Source: Eledone cirrhosa (taxonomy: Eukaryota). From it: DNA of 64,000 bases. Where the stretch lies: NCBI GenBank assembly GCA_964016885.1, contig OZ024749.1, forward strand, positions 17,298,001 to 17,362,000, read 5' to 3'. This document shows positions 58,141 through 64,000 of the stretch, piece after piece; the first letter of the stretch is position 1; every line of letters begins with the position of its first letter. The position numbers were made by a program, and so were the translations under genes. The notes beneath the pieces are model-generated. The model did not search any database and was not told the origin of the DNA. It was given only the letters and a program-made list of their open reading frames with translations.

Positions 58141-59239
58141 TAACATGGAAATGCCTTTATGAAAGATTACTGAATGAGGAGTATGCATGGGAGGAAGATA
58201 GTCTACGGAAAGTGGGCCCAACAGAGGTTCCAGCCATACAAGTAAGCAGTAGCATAGTAAGGTAATTAAGGATATGAAGACAGAGAAAGTATCTTGTCCA
58301 TTGGTGATTGTTGCTGAGATACTGAAAGTATCTGGGATGGTGGGTCACATCTTAACCACTGGTATTGTAAAGCAAGTAATACAAAATGGTGTCATACCAA
58401 ATAAATGGTGTAGTATCATCATCATCAACTGCTACAAGGGCAAAGGAGATGTACTAGAGCTAGAAAACTATAGAGACATTAGATGGAACACTTCATGAAG
58501 ATGTTAGCGTTATAACACAGCTGATTAGGGACCAAGTTAACCTAGATGAGATGAAGTTTGGATTTTTGCCTGGTAAAAGTACCACTAATGTCCTCTTCCT
58601 TGTGTGGCAACTGCAAGAGCAGTACCTAGCTAAAATAAGCCCCTCTACTTGGCATTTGTTGACCCAGAGAGAGCTTCTGTGAGACTTCCCTGTTCCATAA
58701 TCTGGTGTGTAACTTAGAAAACTAGGGGTATATGAGTGGCTTGTGAGAGCAGTAAAAGCCATGTATGGAGGAACAGTCAGTAAGGTTAAAATGAATGATG
58801 GCTATAGTGAGGAGTTGAGTGAGCAAGTCTATCAGGGCTCTGTTATTAACCCTCTTCTGTTTATTATCATCCTGCAGGCTATTACATAAGAGTTTAAGAC
58901 TGGCTGTCCATGGGAACTCCTGTATGCACATGATTGAACCCTTGTAGCTTAATCTATGGTAAAATTAGAGGAGAAATTCCAAACTTAGAAGCATGGCCTA
59001 GAATGAAAATGTTTTAAAGTTAACTTGGCAAAATAGAAAAGAAAACAGGGTCTATATCCCCTCAAGAAAATGGCTTTGCTCAGTCTAAAGGAAAGGAGTA
59101 GGTAGAAATTCCAAACTATGGATAAACAAGAGATGCAGTTGGATCTGAGTGAGGTTAGTAAAAGAATGTAAGTTTTGTATGTGCTTGATGCACAAGAGCA
59201 ATAAGTAGCAAGAGCTCACAAAAAAATAAGCTACTTTAA

Positions 59240-59460
59240 CCCTTTAGCATTTACATTACTCTATATATACTATTGTATCTTTGTGATAAAGGCTTTATCT
59301 TACATAATTATCTCACATAATATCGAATATATGAGATTTTGATATTATTTATATTGAGAACAATACCTTAATGTCGGTATGAGTGGCCAGTTATGGCTGG
59401 TTTGAACAGAAAGATGTGAGAGTATTCTGGCTAGGTATGGCCCGTTTAAATGCTAAAGGG
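59240..59460 (+). mobile_element. piggyBac-type MITE
   Basis: TTAA TSD (59236-59239, 59461-59464); perfect 14-bp TIR CCCTTTAGCATTTA / TAAATGCTAAAGGG. Confidence 0.92.
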
Positions 59461-59989
59461 TTAAATGTCCAGAAGGCTCTGTAGAAACCGGTTCATAATT
59501 TCTGTTAATAAATGACCAAATTAACAGTGGAGGTGGGTGTTCTGAAGGTACAGTAGCCTGAGTGAGAATGGGATGGAAAAAGGTTAGGGAGCTACTACTA
59601 CTGCTGCCTACAAAATGATTTCCCCTGAAAGTGAAAGGCAGATTGTATGAAGTCTGTGTACGAACTGCAATGTTACATTGAAGTGAGACCAGGGCAATAT
59701 ATTCAGAGGACCTATAAAGACTGGAAAGAAATGAAGTTTACAGGATCTGATAGATGTGTAATAGTGTGCATGAACAACAAGCATTAATAAACTGAGAGAG
59801 AAACTAGGCATAAGAGAGGTCAGATCCAGTGTATAGGGGAGGAGATTGTGGTGGTTTGGACATGTGATGTATATGGAAGATGACAGCTGTATAAAAATAT
59901 ACAGGGTCATCAAACTGGTTAACTATGAAAGAAGACCTAGGAAAGCTTGCGATGAAATAATAAAAGCTGACAAGATATAATTAGATTAC

Positions 59990-60430
59990 ACTAAAGACAC
60001 ACACTTCCATTATGAAATATGTGGGAAGTCTTTTACTTCTAACAGTAATTTAACTGTACATACGGGAACACACACTGGAGAAAATCTCTATCAATGTAAA
60101 ATATGTGAGAAATCTTTTGTTCTGAACAATCATTTAATTGAACATAAAATAAACCACACTGGAGAGAAACCCTATCACTGTGAAATATGTGGGAATCTTT
60201 CATTAGTAACAGTGAATATAATAAACACAAAATAACACACACTGGAGAGAAACCCTATCACTGTGAAATATGTGGGAATCTTTCATTAGTAACAGTGAAT
60301 AGAATACACACAAAATAACACACACTTGTGAAAAACCTTTTACACAGTGAAATATGTGGGAAATGTTGTTTCTCTAACAGTTACTTAGACACAAACATAG
60401 AGAGGAAGGAAAGTTTTCAACTATGAAATA
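59990..60430 (+). pseudogene. Decayed C2H2 zinc-finger array
   Basis: HYEICGKSFTSNSNL, HTGENLYQCKICEKSF and HTGEKPYHCEICG units with frameshifts and stops. Confidence 0.8.
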
Positions 60431-60746
60431 TGAGACATCCTTCCTCTTACAAATCTAAACTTATTTTCCACCAATATCAAATGTGAATACTTGGCAGTTT
60501 GATAGACTCCAAACATTGCTGGCCATTTTTATAAATATATTTTCATTTGAAATTAAAATCTTTCTCTGATCTATGCTTGACTTTTTGAATTAATTTTAAA
60601 TCTATGCCAGAAGTTTCTGCCTTTTGTTTGCCAACAACAACATTTCCTGGTACTGTGTGTAATTGAGGGTCCTTCCATCACCTGGGGTAAAGCATGGGCT
60701 TCCAATTGATCTCTGATGTTACTAGTATGTATGAATGGACCTGTAA

Positions 60747-63700
60747 CGTTTTCTTCATCGTTCAAGTTTTTTGTTTTTTTCCAAAGTTCACACCAATAAT
60801 TATGCTGAGTGAAGCCTTTCTTTTTCATCATTGTCACTTTCAAAATTGCACTATCATTTTCTCGCGCGTTAGAAATATTATTTTTTTCAACCTTGTATTG
60901 GCACGTGTAGGCAGCATAAATTCTCGATTCACAGAGATGTCTCTACTCACAGACAGCCGCACGCCAGAGATAACATTTCTCACCAGGGATTCTTCAGCCT
61001 TAAGCTATATTCTTCTATTTGCCGGTTTATAAATTTACAATGTAAATTTACCGTTGATAACCGCGCATTTATTAAGAATGCTTATTTCTCTGGTCGCTGG
61101 CCTCTTGACCCTTCCAGGTCAACGCATTCTCAACATCGACCATCAACTTCGGCTGCTATTTCTAGCACTTTGCGCAACTCATTTTTTCTAAAAAAAATTT
61201 TTTTACTGTGAATTTAAACACCGAATACGCTCACTCAGCGAGACAACAGCAACAGCAATACATCAATACAGATTCACCAAAGCCAGAGAATTCATTTTTG
61301 CAGCACTCTTCCCGTGAGAAAATACATTCGGAGGTTGGAAATTTCACGATATACCACAGAACAGAAACCACCTGCATTCATTCTCTGGAACACACTTTCT
61401 TTCCTGCTGTCATGTGATTGCACACCTGTGAACTATATTTTGAACTTTGAGCTCTTCTATTACTTTTACTTTATTACATTGTATCTTTGGGTGATGGATA
61501 GATGGATGTCCAGTCGTTCTCTGGCCAAGAGCGGTTGGCTACCTTGATATCTATCATTGATTTTTCCAAACATTCTTTTGTCGTAATTTTCATGCCTGTT
61601 ACAACATTCTCGCCAACTTGCTACATATTTTCATTTCGATTTTTATACACTAAAATTCTGGCGGGAGGTTATGTAGCGGTTGTCTCCCTTGTTTTGATTA
61701 GGATCTAGACGGGAAGTGGAACCCTTTCTGCAACTTCCGGTCAGAGCCCTATAAAACTAACAACTTTAAGCTTCCTTTCTCTCTTTGCCTTTTCGGCACC
61801 GATTCACAGAGCCTCTCATTGGGCTCCGCCATTAATTTGGCCAACAGGCGCCTGGCCTTAGCCAGGCGTCCTCTGCCAGCCGCGTTTGCCTGGCAATCAA
61901 AACGGTAACTACTAACTTTGCTTCATTCTAACAACATCCTCATCTTTGACATGTCAAGTATACTATCTACCATTGTTAATTAAATATTATACACACAAAC
62001 CATGTCTCGTTTTGTTACATTCACCAACAACCAGTAATCTCGCTATATACTCACTTACATGCTACAAAAGGGTTTACTTGTGTCCCTCCTCGCCTAAATA
62101 GTTTCGTAAATATTATTTTTAAAATGATTGTAATTGAACTTAAGGTAAATTTTTATAATAAAACCCGTCTCACCAGTCGTATGTAATAACTGTTTCTGAT
62201 TTAGGGACAACGACAATAGTTTTGGTGGGAGGGGTAGTCAAATAAATCTACCTTAGTGCGTTACTGGTACTTTGTTTTATAGACCCCGTAACGATGAAAG
62301 GAGAAGCTACCCTCGACGGCATTGGTTTCACAGTCAATTTCTTCCATAAAAGGATAGATAGATACGGGGAACAAGAGAGTGAGTGTGTATGTGATACAGA
62401 GATATAGAGGAAGAATCGATCCCAGTACTGGACTGCTACTTTTATTTTGTCGATCTCGATAGGGTGAAAATCAAAGTTGACTTCGGTGGTATTTGAACAC
62501 AGAGCGCAGATCTTGAAGGAATACCACAAGGAATGTTCTGCCACTGTGGATATAAAAGTATTCTCAACAAAATGAAAGACGTCGATAAGCAGTAATTAAT
62601 CTATCTAATTAGGTAAGTGCAACTATATCGATCTACTAAAGGGGGAATGAAAAGAAAGGGATCAAGTAGCGAAAGAAATGGAGAGGGGGGAGGACAGATT
62701 CTAGTCCCTAGTCTGAATGGTGGCTCAACCGTGCCCCGTGGTCAAAATGGAAAATAGATTACTGCAGATAAGGGCCAGAGACACCTGCTACACCAGCCAC
62801 ACCACCTCACAGGAATCCCCCCTCAAGCAGGCCACCATCTGTTTCAATTAAAATACAGCGATATATCTGTATTCTCTTCTTTTAAATTATTTTATATTTT
62901 AATTGAAACTGACGGGGGTCCAGTTAAGGAGAGAACCTCGGAGGTGTGGTGGTTGGTGCAGTGGGTGTCTCTGGTCATTCTCCGCGGTAATGTCTTTTCC
63001 ATTTTGACCACGGGGCATGGCTAAGGCACTGCTCAGACTGGGGTCTATTGTCTGTTCTTCTCCCACTCTCTTTCTTTCGCTTCTTGATCCCTTTTCTTGT
63101 TTCCTCTGATAGTGTTTCGTTTTTAATTTGATACTGTTCAATAATCTTTATACAAGGTCCATGGTTTTTCATGGTATTGTGAGATTTTCTATATTGAATA
63201 TGTTTGTTTTTATGTTTAATTCTTTAAATGATATACTTTGAATAAATCATAATGAGCCACTTACTCTCGGGTCCCAAATAATAGGAGGGGGTGGTGGAAC
63301 TAAGGTAATTTTTCTATGTTGTCTCCTTGATATTTTTTAGATTAAAGAATTAGATGGTTAGTTTACATATTGAGACCCCAAAACCATCATATTTATTTCA
63401 TAACGTATGGGATTTCTTGTGATGTTCTTTTTTGGTGTCTAAAATAATTCATCAAAGGAATGCTACCACTTAATATAAAATTTCACCTGAGAGAGATTAG
63501 CAAAATTTGATAAGCGGTTGGAATAAGAGAGGGGTTGTTGGAAAAGATCTGAAAAATTAATAAGCATGGGGGCCGGGTACGATTATTTGAGACCGAAGAG
63601 TAATCACTGTATCTCAGCTGTAATTCGCAGAAAAAACATGGTGAAGGCATTGCTCCAGAAAACAACCAGCAACGCAGGCTACATCATCCACTCTATCTCA

Positions 63701-64000
63701 CCGGGCTTTCATTTTCATGCATTTTATGGAGAAAAACGACAGTCCAGGATAACCGAAAATACCAGCGGTCTCGGAAGTCACCGGCTCGGTAAGGAAACGG
63801 TCAGTGAAGTCCTGGTAATTAATTGTATTCCTCATTATTGGTGACACTACCCAGGTTTTCTGGATTTCTGGTTCGGTACTCCGTGTTGCACCTCTTGAGT
63901 GTAAATTAAAATAGAAATCAAATTGTTGCTTTGCTTATCAAACAATTTGATCACCTCCTGAAATACTTTATCGAACATTTTTCAAAATCGAAACACTATT
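60747..64000 (+). repeat. Near-identical copy of 34963-38217 (offset ~25784), including the 3' LTR at 61672-62047
   Basis: Same ORF set repeated; only a handful of substitutions and a 1-bp indel seen; starts mid-element and includes the TACT flank. Confidence 0.95.

Larger units (their letters stand above)
57500..59975 (+). mobile_element. Old, heavily mutated RTE LINE containing two MITE insertions
   Basis: 'IINCYKGKGDVLELENYRDI', QGSVINPLLFIIILQAIT, GCPWELLYAHD and WWFGHVM remnants. Confidence 0.85.

Overview
This is AT-rich eukaryotic (animal) genomic DNA full of (TA)n/(CA)n/(GAT)n microsatellites. The style of C2H2 arrays plus RTE LINEs and tRNA-derived SINEs suggests an octopus or other coleoid cephalopod (inference, not verified). 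It is a C2H2 zinc-finger cluster: two intact 9-finger paralogues (29480-30244, 44387-45142) in a segmental duplication, plus three decayed finger arrays. These sit in a dense layer of mobile elements: many RTE-clade LINE fragments, two tRNA-derived SINE families (one sharing the RTE 3' tail), two Helitrons (one nearly intact, with 23-aa STPR-like repeats), piggyBac-type and Tc1/mariner-type MITEs, a very young non-coding LTR element with a tRNA-Trp PBS, and a near-identical 3.25 kb duplication running off the right edge. The least obvious signal is a set of type-I hammerhead ribozyme motifs in the AT-rich spacers. Five are complete folds (2168, 3734, 12980, 13762, 38410) and two have a core mutation (2399, 6812). 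All have palindromic helix III and several have greatly enlarged helix II. At least one fold-back palindrome (8201-8510, possibly also 27742-27868) is centred on a hammerhead-like helix II. These are probably Penelope-like-element or retrozyme termini. All calls are by eye; no database search or folding program was run.
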